A model generated the notes under the pieces. It made no database searches, was not told where the DNA came from, and saw nothing but the letters and a program-made list of their open reading frames with translations. From a virus (lineage: Duplodnaviria > Caudoviricetes), in the IMG/VR virus record IMGVR_UViG_3300022752_000013: a DNA stretch of 64,000 nt; one strand, given 5' to 3'. How positions within the stretch are numbered: position 1 is the first letter of the stretch; each line of letters begins with the position of its first letter. Positions 39,252 to 48,657 of the stretch are shown here, one piece after another. The position numbers and the translations under genes are program-made.

Positions 39252-39482
39252 ATGAAAGCAATTGTATGGTCAAAGAATCACTGCCCTTACTGCGATCAAG
39301 CCAAGAACTTGCTCAAATTAAAAGGCATTGAATATGAAGAACGCAACATCAATGATGGTTGGGACAAAGAGGATTTGTTGGCGGCTGTGCCAGGTGCAAG
39401 AACAGTGCCACAGATCTTTCTGGATGAGCAACTGATTGGTGGCTTCACTGAATTGCGTAAACATTTTAGCACTGAGGATTAA
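39252..39482 (+). CDS. Glutaredoxin
   Basis: CPYC, TVPQIF, IGGF. Confidence 0.95.
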   Translation: MKAIVWSKNHCPYCDQAKNLLKLKGIEYEERNINDGWDKEDLLAAVPGARTVPQIFLDEQLIGGFTELRKHFSTED

Positions 39483-40079
39483 ATGCCAGAATATACATCA
39501 GATTGGTTTTCCAACACAATTGTAAATTTTGAACACATCAAGGACAATTACAACAACTCATTTGATCGTATCCTGGAAATAGGTTGCCACGAAGGTCGAT
39601 CAACCTGTTGGATGTTACAGAATCTGCTGAGTGATACAGGAACTATCACGTGTGTAGATCCATTTGCCAACCATCATATCAATCCCTTTACTGGCCAAAA
39701 GCCCACTGAGGATCGCACCTGGGAAAATAGATTTAGAGCCAATACTGCCGAAGCCAAACAGCCCGAGCAAACCCTAGACGTTCATGTGGCCTTGAGTTTT
39801 CCTACCTTGGCCAAATTTATTGTAGAGCAACGTGAGTTTGATTTTGTGTACATCGACGGTAATCACTGCTGTGATGCTGTGATGGCAGATGCTGTGATGG
39901 CCTGGAGCCTGCTCAAGCCCGGTGGCTTCATGCTGTTTGATGATTACCTGTTTGAAGACGAACCAGACATACTGGATCGGGGCAAGATTGCCATAGATGC
40001 ATTCTGCACTAGTTTTACTAGACAACTTGATTTTTATTTGATCAACTATCAGTTGGCTGTGCGTAAGAAAAAAATTTAA
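39483..40079 (+). CDS. Class I SAM methyltransferase (Methyltransf_24-like)
   Basis: LEIGCHEGRS, YIDGNH, FDDY. Confidence 0.85.
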   Translation: MPEYTSDWFSNTIVNFEHIKDNYNNSFDRILEIGCHEGRSTCWMLQNLLSDTGTITCVDPFANHHINPFTGQKPTEDRTWENRFRANTAEAKQPEQTLDVHVALSFPTLAKFIVEQREFDFVYIDGNHCCDAVMADAVMAWSLLKPGGFMLFDDYLFEDEPDILDRGKIAIDAFCTSFTRQLDFYLINYQLAVRKKKI

Positions 40080-40091
40080 CAAAGGAAAAAA

Positions 40092-40388
40092 ATGTTACTC
40101 GAAATTGACAAAGGCCTTTCTGAAGGCGACGTGGTCACACTCAAACTCACATCAGGTGAGGAAATTGTAGCACGATTAGACAAAGAAACTGACACACACT
40201 ACAGGCTGACCAAACCCATGGTGATTGCCATGAGCCCAAACGGTCCTGGACTGTTGCCCTACTTGTTTACTGTGAGTCCGGACAAGACCATTGGCCTGAG
40301 CAAAAACACAGTAACCGTGGCCACAACTTCAGACAAGCAGTTTGCAAGTCAGTACATGCAGAGCACAACCAATATACAAATGGTTTAA
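40092..40388 (+). CDS. Conserved hypothetical protein (Sm-like fold, inferred)
   Basis: VTLKLTSGEEIVA. Confidence 0.65.
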   Translation: MLLEIDKGLSEGDVVTLKLTSGEEIVARLDKETDTHYRLTKPMVIAMSPNGPGLLPYLFTVSPDKTIGLSKNTVTVATTSDKQFASQYMQSTTNIQMV

Positions 40389-40419
40389 AACACCGGCTTT
40401 TCTTTTCCATAAATAATCA

Positions 40420-40635
40420 ATGGGACATCGCTTTGTGATCATGCAGGACGACCAGTTGTCGGAATACACAGAGTACGAACAAATTCCAGATCAGTTTGAT
40501 CACGTGATTGAGTTTGCTCCGGAGATTCCACCTGGACCCCATACTGATCAACAGCATGAAGAAATTGATCAGTGGCAGGTCAAGTTTGAAAGATTAATGG
40601 AAATAGAATATGCCAGCAGCCGCGAGAAAGAGTGA
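40420..40635 (+). CDS. Conserved hypothetical protein
   Basis: FDHVIEF.P..PPGPHT..QH. Confidence 0.7.
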   Translation: MGHRFVIMQDDQLSEYTEYEQIPDQFDHVIEFAPEIPPGPHTDQQHEEIDQWQVKFERLMEIEYASSREKE

Positions 40636-40993
40636 TAAATGTGTACCACACTGCTCTCCCTTTAACATAAAAGGTGCCAGTACCACGGTGTTTGTAAACA
40701 ACAGAGGTGCATCTCGTGTGGGCGATCCAGTTGTACCACACAAACAAGGTGGCGGTGCTGCCGGTGCTGCCGGAACGGCGGCATCTATAGGTGCAAAATT
40801 TGCACCGCCACCTTATAGTATTGCAATTGCTGTTGTTGGAAAACTATTAAAGTGTAAAAATCATGCTCCAAGAATTGGAGCAGGATCAAGTTCTGTTTTT
40901 ATCAATGGAAAAGCGGCTGCCTTTGTAGGTAGCAGTATAACTGGGTGTACCAGTGTTGCGGCCGGCAGCGCAGATGTTTTTATTGGTAGGTAA
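40610..40993 (+). CDS. PAAR spike-tip protein with internal insertion
   Basis: MPAAAR, VFVN, RVGD, VFING..A..VG. Confidence 0.9.
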   Translation: MPAAARKSDKCVPHCSPFNIKGASTTVFVNNRGASRVGDPVVPHKQGGGAAGAAGTAASIGAKFAPPPYSIAIAVVGKLLKCKNHAPRIGAGSSSVFINGKAAAFVGSSITGCTSVAAGSADVFIGR

Positions 40994-40995
40994 CA

Positions 40996-42285
40996 GTGCC
41001 TTCGATCCTGACCCCACTACAGATGATTGCTGGAGCCACACTCAGCAACAATCAAGGTGTGGCTATTGCTACAAATTTTACCAATGCCATCTCCTCATAT
41101 ACCGGCACCGCACTATTGACACCTTTGTTTGCGGCCCTTGGAAATAGTGCAAGTGCAAATTTAACTCCCACAACTCTTATCAGTTTAGAAACCATGGCAG
41201 CCAACAGTTGTCCTGCCCTGGCAGATAATACTCCTGAGGCATATGCCAGCAACATAGGTAACATACTAGGTCCCAGAGTAATTGCAAATTTTACCACCAA
41301 CTATGCAACATTTGAAGGTTCTATTTCGGGTAATACACTCACCGTGACCACGACTCCAGAACCTAACTTGATCTATGCGAGTCTACAACTCGGTGCTGTT
41401 GGTCTCACTGCAAATGCTTTTATCACTGCTGATCTAACTGGCAACGGCGGTGCCGGCGATTACGAAGTAACACCCGAACAAACTATTCCTTCTTCTACCA
41501 TGGTTGCCAATCCCTCACTGGCTTCTTTTGGCAACAGTATAAATGGATTCACAGGAGTTATTACCGACATCGGTAATACCTATCTTGGACAAGGCAACAC
41601 CACAGTTTTTGCACAAGTGTTTACCGCGGCACAAAGTTATATAAATCAGAATAATGATTTCATCAACACCGCCTACAATAGTCAAACCTACCTAGGTAGT
41701 ACATTTACTTCCATGAACAGTTTGATCACAGGTAACTTGACTGATATAAATTTAGCATTACCTGCGTTTGGTAGCGATTTGGCACGATTAGGTTTTCTTA
41801 TTGATCTTACCAATCTTGGTAATTTTGGTTTACCTAGTTCGGTATTCCGACAATTGGCCACAGTGACCAATCTAACTCCTAGAATTACTGTGGCTCTCAA
41901 ACAAGTGAATTTCAGTACCAGACAGATTGAAAACATTACCGATCCTGACATGCAATTGACTGACACTGAAGAAGCCAAGTTGTATCGAGCCATGCTTTTG
42001 ATCACAGGCCAAGCACTTCAGCAGGTTTGCGATATTCTGGGAATCACGTTGCCTGTGTTTGGTGTCAACACAACTCAGCCCCAAAACCCAGGATTGACCT
42101 CCATGGCAGACCTATTGAATCCTGTGAAAATATTCCCTACCAGTTTTGCCAGCCTCACAGTGAGAACCTACAATCAAAACACAACCAGTGAGTTGCGAGC
42201 CATCTATCTAGATTCAACTGGTACTATCAACAGCAGGTTGCTACAGTACCTGCCAAGATATGTTATAACAGTGGTGCCAGCATGA
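40996..42285 (+). CDS. Virion structural protein (baseplate/tail region)
   Basis: GTG start, Thr/Asn/Ala-rich, follows PAAR. Confidence 0.6.
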   Translation: MPSILTPLQMIAGATLSNNQGVAIATNFTNAISSYTGTALLTPLFAALGNSASANLTPTTLISLETMAANSCPALADNTPEAYASNIGNILGPRVIANFTTNYATFEGSISGNTLTVTTTPEPNLIYASLQLGAVGLTANAFITADLTGNGGAGDYEVTPEQTIPSSTMVANPSLASFGNSINGFTGVITDIGNTYLGQGNTTVFAQVFTAAQSYINQNNDFINTAYNSQTYLGSTFTSMNSLITGNLTDINLALPAFGSDLARLGFLIDLTNLGNFGLPSSVFRQLATVTNLTPRITVALKQVNFSTRQIENITDPDMQLTDTEEAKLYRAMLLITGQALQQVCDILGITLPVFGVNTTQPQNPGLTSMADLLNPVKIFPTSFASLTVRTYNQNTTSELRAIYLDSTGTINSRLLQYLPRYVITVVPA

Positions 42286-43223
42286 TTACCTACGAACGAC
42301 TTAGCAAAATTATACCCGCAGATCAAGCCCTGGCATGCAAGGCCATGAGCGTGAGTTTACAACAAGTAAAAAACATAGATACCTTGTCTTTGCCCCAGTT
42401 GGCCGCTGCCTTTGTCAACACAGTGACCACCAAGGACCTGGATCAAATCAATGCACTTACCACAGCGGTACCACCTGCTGTGGCACAGTTTTATACTGAT
42501 TACTATGCCACCGGAACAGGAACAGGAAACACACTGGTGTTGACTGATCTGTTGGGTGCCGCAGTTGGTGTGACCTATATTGATCAATTGAACAATGTTG
42601 TGACAACCATTAACTCACTAGGAAATGGTTTGTCAAATCTCACAACCATCTATGTCAGAATGCAAAACACAGTAAATGGTGTGTATGGCAATGCTGTTTC
42701 TGGGCCTGTTGTTATTCCTGCCGGTTACGGTAATGGCACTTATACCAATGCTGATGTGGCATTTAGTACTGCTTTGATTCCTAATGCGGTGATTGAAATT
42801 GGTAATGTAGTAACTGCTTATCCAACACAGACTACAGCACTCAACACAGAATTTAATACCATGGCACAAAAGATCATCAGCGAAACTGATAATTTAACTC
42901 TGGCCACTATAAACATAGCCGAATTGAATACTGATGATCGAAGTCCTGTTATGAGTTTTGTTGAAAGTCTTCCTGAATATGGTGTCAACAAAGAACAAAA
43001 TGGCCCCACATACTTTCTGGAACAAGTGGCCGATTTAGCCACTCTGGGCGGGCAAGCAATTGTGGCTTGCTTGCGTGAAGGGCAAAATCTAGCCATACTT
43101 AATAATGTGGGAATTGGTGTAGATACCAGCATTCCAAGCGAGCCCAGTTTGCCCAGTCCGGTTGCAAATCTTATTCCAGCCACATATACTGAGTCACAAG
43201 CAGCCAATTTAGTGGTGATTTAA
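42282..43223 (+). CDS. Virion structural protein
   Basis: ATGA-coupled, similar composition. Confidence 0.6.
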   Translation: MITYERLSKIIPADQALACKAMSVSLQQVKNIDTLSLPQLAAAFVNTVTTKDLDQINALTTAVPPAVAQFYTDYYATGTGTGNTLVLTDLLGAAVGVTYIDQLNNVVTTINSLGNGLSNLTTIYVRMQNTVNGVYGNAVSGPVVIPAGYGNGTYTNADVAFSTALIPNAVIEIGNVVTAYPTQTTALNTEFNTMAQKIISETDNLTLATINIAELNTDDRSPVMSFVESLPEYGVNKEQNGPTYFLEQVADLATLGGQAIVACLREGQNLAILNNVGIGVDTSIPSEPSLPSPVANLIPATYTESQAANLVVI

Positions 43224-43299
43224 TCACGTTGTGTGTGATTCCGCTAAATATTATTCTGTGTTTGTAATCAAACACTATCTTTTAAAAAGGGAAAACTAA

Positions 43300-43842
43300 A
43301 TGAAGAAAATCTTCGCAATCTTGGCCTTGGCCATTTCAGGTACTGCTTTTGCAGCCGACACGTTTACAGTCGAAAGTCAACGTATCAACAACACAGGTGC
43401 TGCCGCACAACAACAATATGTGCTGGGCATCAAGAAAGATTTCACGGGCTTTGCCGGTGACTTGGCATTTTCAAATGCACAAACTGACGGTACAAATGCT
43501 TTGAGCACACGTATCGAAGCAGGCGCAACAGTGGCCGGTCCAGTTGGATTGTATGCTCGTGTTGCAACAGGTCAAAAGTATAGCAACACTGCTGATTTCA
43601 CATACTACTCAGTTGAGCCAGGTATTGCAGTCGCAGTTCCGGGCGTGGCAGGTTTGACTGCCAAAGCGGGTGTTCGTTTCCGTAGTGCATTTCAAAGTGC
43701 AAACAATGACCAAACACACACAGCCCGTTACTCATTGGCCTATGCCTTGAGCAAGAACGATACCGTCGCTGTCAAGTATGACCGTGTTCAAGGTGACAGC
43801 AACCAAAAGATTGTTGCAGTAGCATACACACGTGGTTTCTAA
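43300..43842 (+). CDS. Outer-membrane beta-barrel (porin-like) protein
   Basis: Signal peptide MKKIFAILALAISGTAFA, alternating beta strands, C-terminal YTRGF. Confidence 0.75.
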   Translation: MKKIFAILALAISGTAFAADTFTVESQRINNTGAAAQQQYVLGIKKDFTGFAGDLAFSNAQTDGTNALSTRIEAGATVAGPVGLYARVATGQKYSNTADFTYYSVEPGIAVAVPGVAGLTAKAGVRFRSAFQSANNDQTHTARYSLAYALSKNDTVAVKYDRVQGDSNQKIVAVAYTRGF

Positions 43843-43892
43843 AAAGTAACACTTTTTTATTACCATAAAAAAGTAATACTCAAGTACTACAA

Positions 43893-43952
43893 AACCCTGC
43901 CCTGTGCAGGGTTTTTCTTTTGGTTGACTCGAAATAGCCGAAATGTTATAAT
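43893..43952 (+). promoter_or_regulatory. Terminator plus sigma70 promoter cassette (repeat of 10599-10660)
   Basis: 28 bp identical to 10599-10626; TTGACT (43924)-N17-TATAAT (43947). Confidence 0.85.
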
Positions 43953-43958
43953 CATAAC

Positions 43959-44192
43959 ATGAAGTTAGAAATCAACGAAATACTACAGTGGACCGGAGCA
44001 GTGTTTATCATTGCAGGTCACAGTCTCAACGCCGTGGGTCCTGCGGCCTATCCCTACAATATCCTTGCATTTTTCCTGGGCACTATACTGTTCATGGCCT
44101 GGAGCATTCGTGTTGCAAATAAGCCACAGTTACTGGTGAACATTGTTGCCTTGGCAATTGGGCTCACAGGACTAGTCAAAGCATTTGGTTGA
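43959..44192 (+). CDS. Small three-TM membrane protein
   Basis: Hydrophobic, YPYNI..FFLG motif. Confidence 0.7.
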   Translation: MKLEINEILQWTGAVFIIAGHSLNAVGPAAYPYNILAFFLGTILFMAWSIRVANKPQLLVNIVALAIGLTGLVKAFG

Positions 44193-44217
44193 CCAATAAT
44201 TACCCATTTGCTATAAT
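44189..44217 (+). promoter_or_regulatory. Sigma70-type early promoter
   Basis: TTGACC-N17-TATAAT. Confidence 0.85.
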
Positions 44218-44247
44218 ATACACATACAGACACAAAAGGAGCCTAAA

Positions 44248-44520
44248 TTGAAACAACTGACTGAAAGCCAAAAACGTGAAGTTCGCATGTATGGTGTTAC
44301 CGAAGTCGAACTTCGCGAGAGTGTAGAACGTAGCATTACATTTCGTACGTCAGGACCTGCCATGATGGTGGCCGGGCTAATGAGCGATAGCCAAGAGATG
44401 GTGTCTTATGGTCCTCACGACAACGACAACTTTGCTAACATCTTGGAAGACCAGCGTTTGACTCTAAACCGTGCAAAATTTATTTTATTCACTTACATCA
44501 TGAACAGGGAAACAGCATGA
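44248..44520 (+). CDS. Early hypothetical protein
   Basis: TTG start with SD AGGAG. Confidence 0.7.
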   Translation: MKQLTESQKREVRMYGVTEVELRESVERSITFRTSGPAMMVAGLMSDSQEMVSYGPHDNDNFANILEDQRLTLNRAKFILFTYIMNRETA

Positions 44521-44687
44521 GCCGTATGAGCGAACTTGATATTGACATTCGGTCCTTGCTGGAGAAGGGCCGGACTGCAATGGACATTGCCCGTGAACTG
44601 GAGATCCCGGTATCTTGGGTTTACGAGAAGCCAGAGGCACAAGAACCTGAAGAAGTTCTCAGCCCTTTTGCTACAATAAACAGTTGA
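44517..44687 (+). CDS. Small HTH-like hypothetical protein (56 aa)
   Basis: Read by hand: MSRMSELDIDI..LLEKG.TAMDIARELEIPVSWVYE. Confidence 0.6.
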   Translation: MSRMSELDIDIRSLLEKGRTAMDIARELEIPVSWVYEKPEAQEPEEVLSPFATINS

Positions 44688-44712
44688 CCAGAAATCCATT
44701 TTCGGTTATAAT
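44684..44712 (+). promoter_or_regulatory. Sigma70-type early promoter
   Basis: TTGACC-N17-TATAAT. Confidence 0.85.
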
Positions 44713-44743
44713 ACATTTTTAATTCATTAACTCAGGAGATTTT

Positions 44744-45112
44744 ATGTCTTATTCTTTTGCAGGTACTTCTGTACTAAAAGGTGAACTCAAAGTTCGTTTT
44801 GCTAACTCAGACGCTCGTGCCAAACAATTGGCCAAACTGGGCGACACAGATGTAAACATTGTTCAGTTGCCACGTGCAATGGACAAGTCCGAAGCGGTTG
44901 CATACTTGCTGGAGTCTGGCTTTGCCAAAGACATCTTGGTTCGTGCCGCACTTGAAGCCGAAGTGGCTCCCCGAGCCAAGGCTAAAGCACCACGCACGGT
45001 CAAAGTACGTGTGAAGTCAGTCAAGCCCAAAGCAAAGGTCAAAGTAGACCGCACCGCGGCCACTGAAGCCGAAGTGGATGCATTGTACGAGGCAGTTTAC
45101 GGTACCAAGTAA
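44744..45112 (+). CDS. Early protein with basic Lys/Ala/Val-rich C-terminal region
   Basis: LKVRFAN; PRAKAKAPRTVKVRVKSVKPKAKVK. Confidence 0.7.
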   Translation: MSYSFAGTSVLKGELKVRFANSDARAKQLAKLGDTDVNIVQLPRAMDKSEAVAYLLESGFAKDILVRAALEAEVAPRAKAKAPRTVKVRVKSVKPKAKVKVDRTAATEAEVDALYEAVYGTK

Positions 45113-45258
45113 TGGTTATCAATGCCTTGTTTGTTTGGCTCAGTTGGCGAGTTGCCAACTGGTGCTTTGAAAACGACAGCCCTGGTTGGGGCTGGGTTAA
45201 TATTTTTTTCAGTGCTTACAACGGTGCTGTGATTATGTATCAATTATTAGGAGATTAA
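45112..45258 (+). CDS. Small membrane protein (48 aa)
   Basis: Read by hand, TAATG coupling, Trp-rich hydrophobic. Confidence 0.5.
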   Translation: MVINALFVWLSWRVANWCFENDSPGWGWVNIFFSAYNGAVIMYQLLGD

Positions 45259-45259
45259 C

Positions 45260-45616
45260 GTGGGACTAGACATGTATGCATACACTGCCGCCAAAGAACA
45301 GGCAGATTACGAAACTGGTCAACGTGAGATTGCCTACTGGCGTAAACATCCTAATCTGCACGGTTGGATGGAACGACTTGCTGAATCTAAAAATGTCAAG
45401 TACGGCTCATTCAACGGTGTTGAACTAGAACTCACCTGGGAGGATCTGGATGAACTGGAACGTGCAATAACACATGACCAACTGCCAAGTACGCAGGGAT
45501 TCTTTTTTGGCAACGAGTCAGATGACTTTTACAAAGAACAAGATCTTGAATTCATCAAGAAAGCCCGAGCAGAATTGTTCTTGGGTTTAAAAGTGTTTTA
45601 TAACTCTTCATGGTAA
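45260..45616 (+). CDS. Conserved phage hypothetical protein
   Basis: MGLDMY, YWRKHPNLHGWM, GFFFG, YNSSW. Confidence 0.75.
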   Translation: MGLDMYAYTAAKEQADYETGQREIAYWRKHPNLHGWMERLAESKNVKYGSFNGVELELTWEDLDELERAITHDQLPSTQGFFFGNESDDFYKEQDLEFIKKARAELFLGLKVFYNSSW

Positions 45617-45628
45617 CCACTTAAATAT

Positions 45629-47002
45629 ATGAACGAGATCAATTTCTCAAATGAAAGGTTCGATGGCACGATGGCCGCAGGCTGGATCCGCGATCTAGAA
45701 AGTTCAGACAGCCGTATACACAAAGAAAAAACAATTGAAAAAGCATTAATGGCAGCCAAATTGGGCAGTGCCGATGCACAATGTTTTCTCTTTAATTGTT
45801 ACCAGGCCTACAATCCTTTCTACACTTTTAACATCCGTCAGGTGCCAGAGACTGAGGGTCTAACTGGTCGGCCCAACCCTTGGACAAAATTTTGGGGGTT
45901 GTTGGAAGCCCTACGCACAAGATCGAGCACAGGTAATCGTGCTAGAGAAGCCATTGAACAAATGAGTCAACAGTTTGATTCAGACGAGTGGAACAACTTG
46001 GCTCGACGTGTGATGACCAAGGATCTGCGTTGTGGTATCTCAGAAAAAACGCTAAACAAAGTACTGGGCAAAACAGAGTACCGGATTCCTGTGTTTACTT
46101 GTCAACTGGCGCAGGACTCTACAGACCAACCCAAGAAGTTGAAAGGCATCAAACGCCTAGAAGTCAAACTGGATGGTGTGCGAGTACTAGCAGTGGTTGA
46201 CGGCAGTAATGTCTCTCTGTTCAGTCGCAACGGCAAAGAGTTTGCAAACTTTACACAGATTGCAGACGCTATTGAAGATGCCCGTAAGCACTTTCAATGG
46301 GGTCGCGGCACAGGCGGACGTTTTGTATTGGATGGCGAGATTGTGGGCGAGAGTTTCCAGAAACTCATGAAGCAGGCACATCGCAAGAGTGATGCCAAGA
46401 CCGATGGCATGGTGTATCACATTTTTGATATTCTTCCATTGGAGTCATTGCAAGAAGGCCATTGTAACATACAACAGTACAAACGCATTGAGTGGATTGA
46501 GAGTGCCCGAGATCGGCTTTTGGAAACACCTTGCCTGCGTGTTATGAATGGCCTGGAGGTGGATTTGGACACAGCAGAAGGGCATGACATCATGAATCGT
46601 TTTGCCCAAGACGCTGTAGCCGAAGGCTTTGAAGGCATCATGATCAAGAGCCTGGATGCACCTTATGAGTGCAAACGCAGTGACTTTTGGATGAAATGGA
46701 AACCCACAATCTCAGTTGATCTCAATATAGTGGGTTTCGAAGAAGGAACTGGTCGCAATGCAGGCCGGTTAGGTGCTATAATATGTGAAGGAGAAGACAA
46801 TGACCGTAGAATTTGTGTTAATGTTGGTAGTGGGTTTAGTGATACTCTTCGTGATGAGTATTGGACCAGTAGGGATCAGTTACTTGGTCACTTGGTTGAA
46901 GTCCAAGCGGACGCAGTCACCCAAAATCAAGACGGAACATACAGCCTCCGATTCCCAAGGTTCTTGAGATTCCGTGACTTTGACGCTGGAGAAAAAATTT
47001 GA
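45629..47002 (+). CDS. ATP-dependent DNA ligase
   Basis: EVKLDGVR, LDGE, EGIMIK, WMKWK, SLRFPRF. Confidence 0.93.
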   Translation: MNEINFSNERFDGTMAAGWIRDLESSDSRIHKEKTIEKALMAAKLGSADAQCFLFNCYQAYNPFYTFNIRQVPETEGLTGRPNPWTKFWGLLEALRTRSSTGNRAREAIEQMSQQFDSDEWNNLARRVMTKDLRCGISEKTLNKVLGKTEYRIPVFTCQLAQDSTDQPKKLKGIKRLEVKLDGVRVLAVVDGSNVSLFSRNGKEFANFTQIADAIEDARKHFQWGRGTGGRFVLDGEIVGESFQKLMKQAHRKSDAKTDGMVYHIFDILPLESLQEGHCNIQQYKRIEWIESARDRLLETPCLRVMNGLEVDLDTAEGHDIMNRFAQDAVAEGFEGIMIKSLDAPYECKRSDFWMKWKPTISVDLNIVGFEEGTGRNAGRLGAIICEGEDNDRRICVNVGSGFSDTLRDEYWTSRDQLLGHLVEVQADAVTQNQDGTYSLRFPRFLRFRDFDAGEKI

Positions 47003-47193
47003 TGACACCTTTACATGATATTGTATTAGTAGCGGTTATGGTGGCACACAGTGCTTTTGGCCCTGCACAACTGGAGTACCAATCAGTTGATTATTTTAAC
47101 TCTTGGACTCGATGCCGCCAAGAGCAACAGAGATTGAGTCAAAAACAGGATAAAAGAACAGCATACATTTGTCTAAAGGTTGATAGGTCATAA
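47002..47193 (+). CDS. Small hypothetical protein
   Basis: TGATG coupling, N-terminal hydrophobic segment, two Cys. Confidence 0.55.
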   Translation: MTPLHDIVLVAVMVAHSAFGPAQLEYQSVDYFNSWTRCRQEQQRLSQKQDKRTAYICLKVDRS

Positions 47194-47421
47194 ATGACAG
47201 CACGATCAGCCAATGGTGTTTGCGGACATCTATTAAATCTAATTGACGGAACTGTAGTGTTTCGTGTGTATGATGCTGAACACAATTTCGTGGACTACGA
47301 TATACACCATAGTGACTTGTGTGTCACCATTGATGACACAGATGCGTACTTTTATCAACGAGATGGTCAAGACATATTGGATCATGCACCTATGACACTG
47401 GGGATGACAGATGATAGTTGA
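47194..47421 (+). CDS. Small hypothetical protein
   Basis: 75 aa, adjacent to previous stop. Confidence 0.65.
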   Translation: MTARSANGVCGHLLNLIDGTVVFRVYDAEHNFVDYDIHHSDLCVTIDDTDAYFYQRDGQDILDHAPMTLGMTDDS

Positions 47422-47530
47422 AATATTTTTATACGGTTTTATCTCAGCATTCGGTTGGTGGACTGCCACGCACTATGTGATCGAACCACATTTTCCGCCA
47501 TCCATTGAAAAGAAAGCAGAGCAAAAATGA
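47411..47530 (+). CDS. Small membrane protein (39 aa)
   Basis: Read by hand: MIVEIFLYGFISAFGWW...; ATGA-coupled to next gene. Confidence 0.55.
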   Translation: MIVEIFLYGFISAFGWWTATHYVIEPHFPPSIEKKAEQK

Positions 47531-47967
47531 AAATTGGACTCAGTTATAGTCGATGTGTCCGTGATATTGTGGATGGTGTAGTGGACATTGCGGATGTGTT
47601 GGTTCTTATCACTCGTACAGATTTTGATCCGCATGATGACAACCAGTGGCAGGGCATTTGGGAAGGTTACGGCGGCGGCACAGAAAATGCTTACAGTCGT
47701 GGATTCTTTAGCCAAAGCAATCCAGAGTGGGCTGGCTATCACGATGAAGATCGTTTTCGTAGTGTGAGCATTGAACTTTGGGAAACTGGTCGATTACACC
47801 AGCCACGCAAGTTTGGCTTCCATCCTAGTCGTCGTCCTGAAATTTGGCTCGAAGCCGTTCTGCCCAGCAGTGAACTTGATCGTAACCCTGCGGCTAAAAA
47901 TGCTTGGGATCAGTTTCAAACCATTGCAGGCCTAACCAATGTCAAACTAGACAAGGAGTATCGATAA
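47527..47967 (+). CDS. Hypothetical protein
   Basis: MKIGLSYSRCVRDIV..GRLHQPR. Confidence 0.7.
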   Translation: MKIGLSYSRCVRDIVDGVVDIADVLVLITRTDFDPHDDNQWQGIWEGYGGGTENAYSRGFFSQSNPEWAGYHDEDRFRSVSIELWETGRLHQPRKFGFHPSRRPEIWLEAVLPSSELDRNPAAKNAWDQFQTIAGLTNVKLDKEYR

Positions 47968-47968
47968 A

Positions 47969-48199
47969 ATGAGTAAACGTATTGGACCTATCACACTGGA
48001 CAGCGAGGCCGCTGATCGAATTACAGTGCTTACTCTCAAAGAACAACGGGCCCACCTCAAGAAGGAACTGACTGAGTGGAAGAAAGATCCCCGGTCAGAC
48101 TCAAATCCTGGTGGTAAGTGGATGCACCCTGAGGACGTGGCAATCAACACTCGCATGATTGAATCCTTAAACACAGTTATTAAGTACTTTGGCGAATGA
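47969..48199 (+). CDS. Hypothetical protein
   Basis: 76 aa, operonic. Confidence 0.7.
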   Translation: MSKRIGPITLDSEAADRITVLTLKEQRAHLKKELTEWKKDPRSDSNPGGKWMHPEDVAINTRMIESLNTVIKYFGE

Positions 48200-48657
48200 A
48201 AAAAACTTACTACGAAAAACGTGGCCGCAGGTACGTGCCTGTGGCAGAAAACGACTACGACATGTTTGATGCCTTTCCCAAAGGATCACATCTTGTGATG
48301 TGTTACCCAGGCGGGCAAAGCAAACGCTACAATATTAATCCCAACCATGCGGCCTTGCTTGCGGCCAGTCGTGTGGCTGAGTTTGCCATGTGTGATGCTC
48401 TGCGCAAGGCCAGCGAAGTACAACCAAGTCGTACACCTCTCACACCTGAGCAAATGGCAGCCTGGAATCATCTGATTGAAGTGTTCGGTGAAGATGCTAG
48501 ATCTCTATCTCGGGCCAGTGCCCATGACATTGCCGAAGCAGGATTGAAAGCATTGCAATCGGAAGCAGATCGATTAATGAAACACGCAAGTGTAAAAAAT
48601 GCATACGAACAATTCCTGTTGGTATGCGAATTAACCAAGGAGAGCAAGAGTGCCTAA
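48196..48657 (+). CDS. Hypothetical protein
   Basis: 153 aa, ATGA coupling. Confidence 0.7.
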   Translation: MKKTYYEKRGRRYVPVAENDYDMFDAFPKGSHLVMCYPGGQSKRYNINPNHAALLAASRVAEFAMCDALRKASEVQPSRTPLTPEQMAAWNHLIEVFGEDARSLSRASAHDIAEAGLKALQSEADRLMKHASVKNAYEQFLLVCELTKESKSA

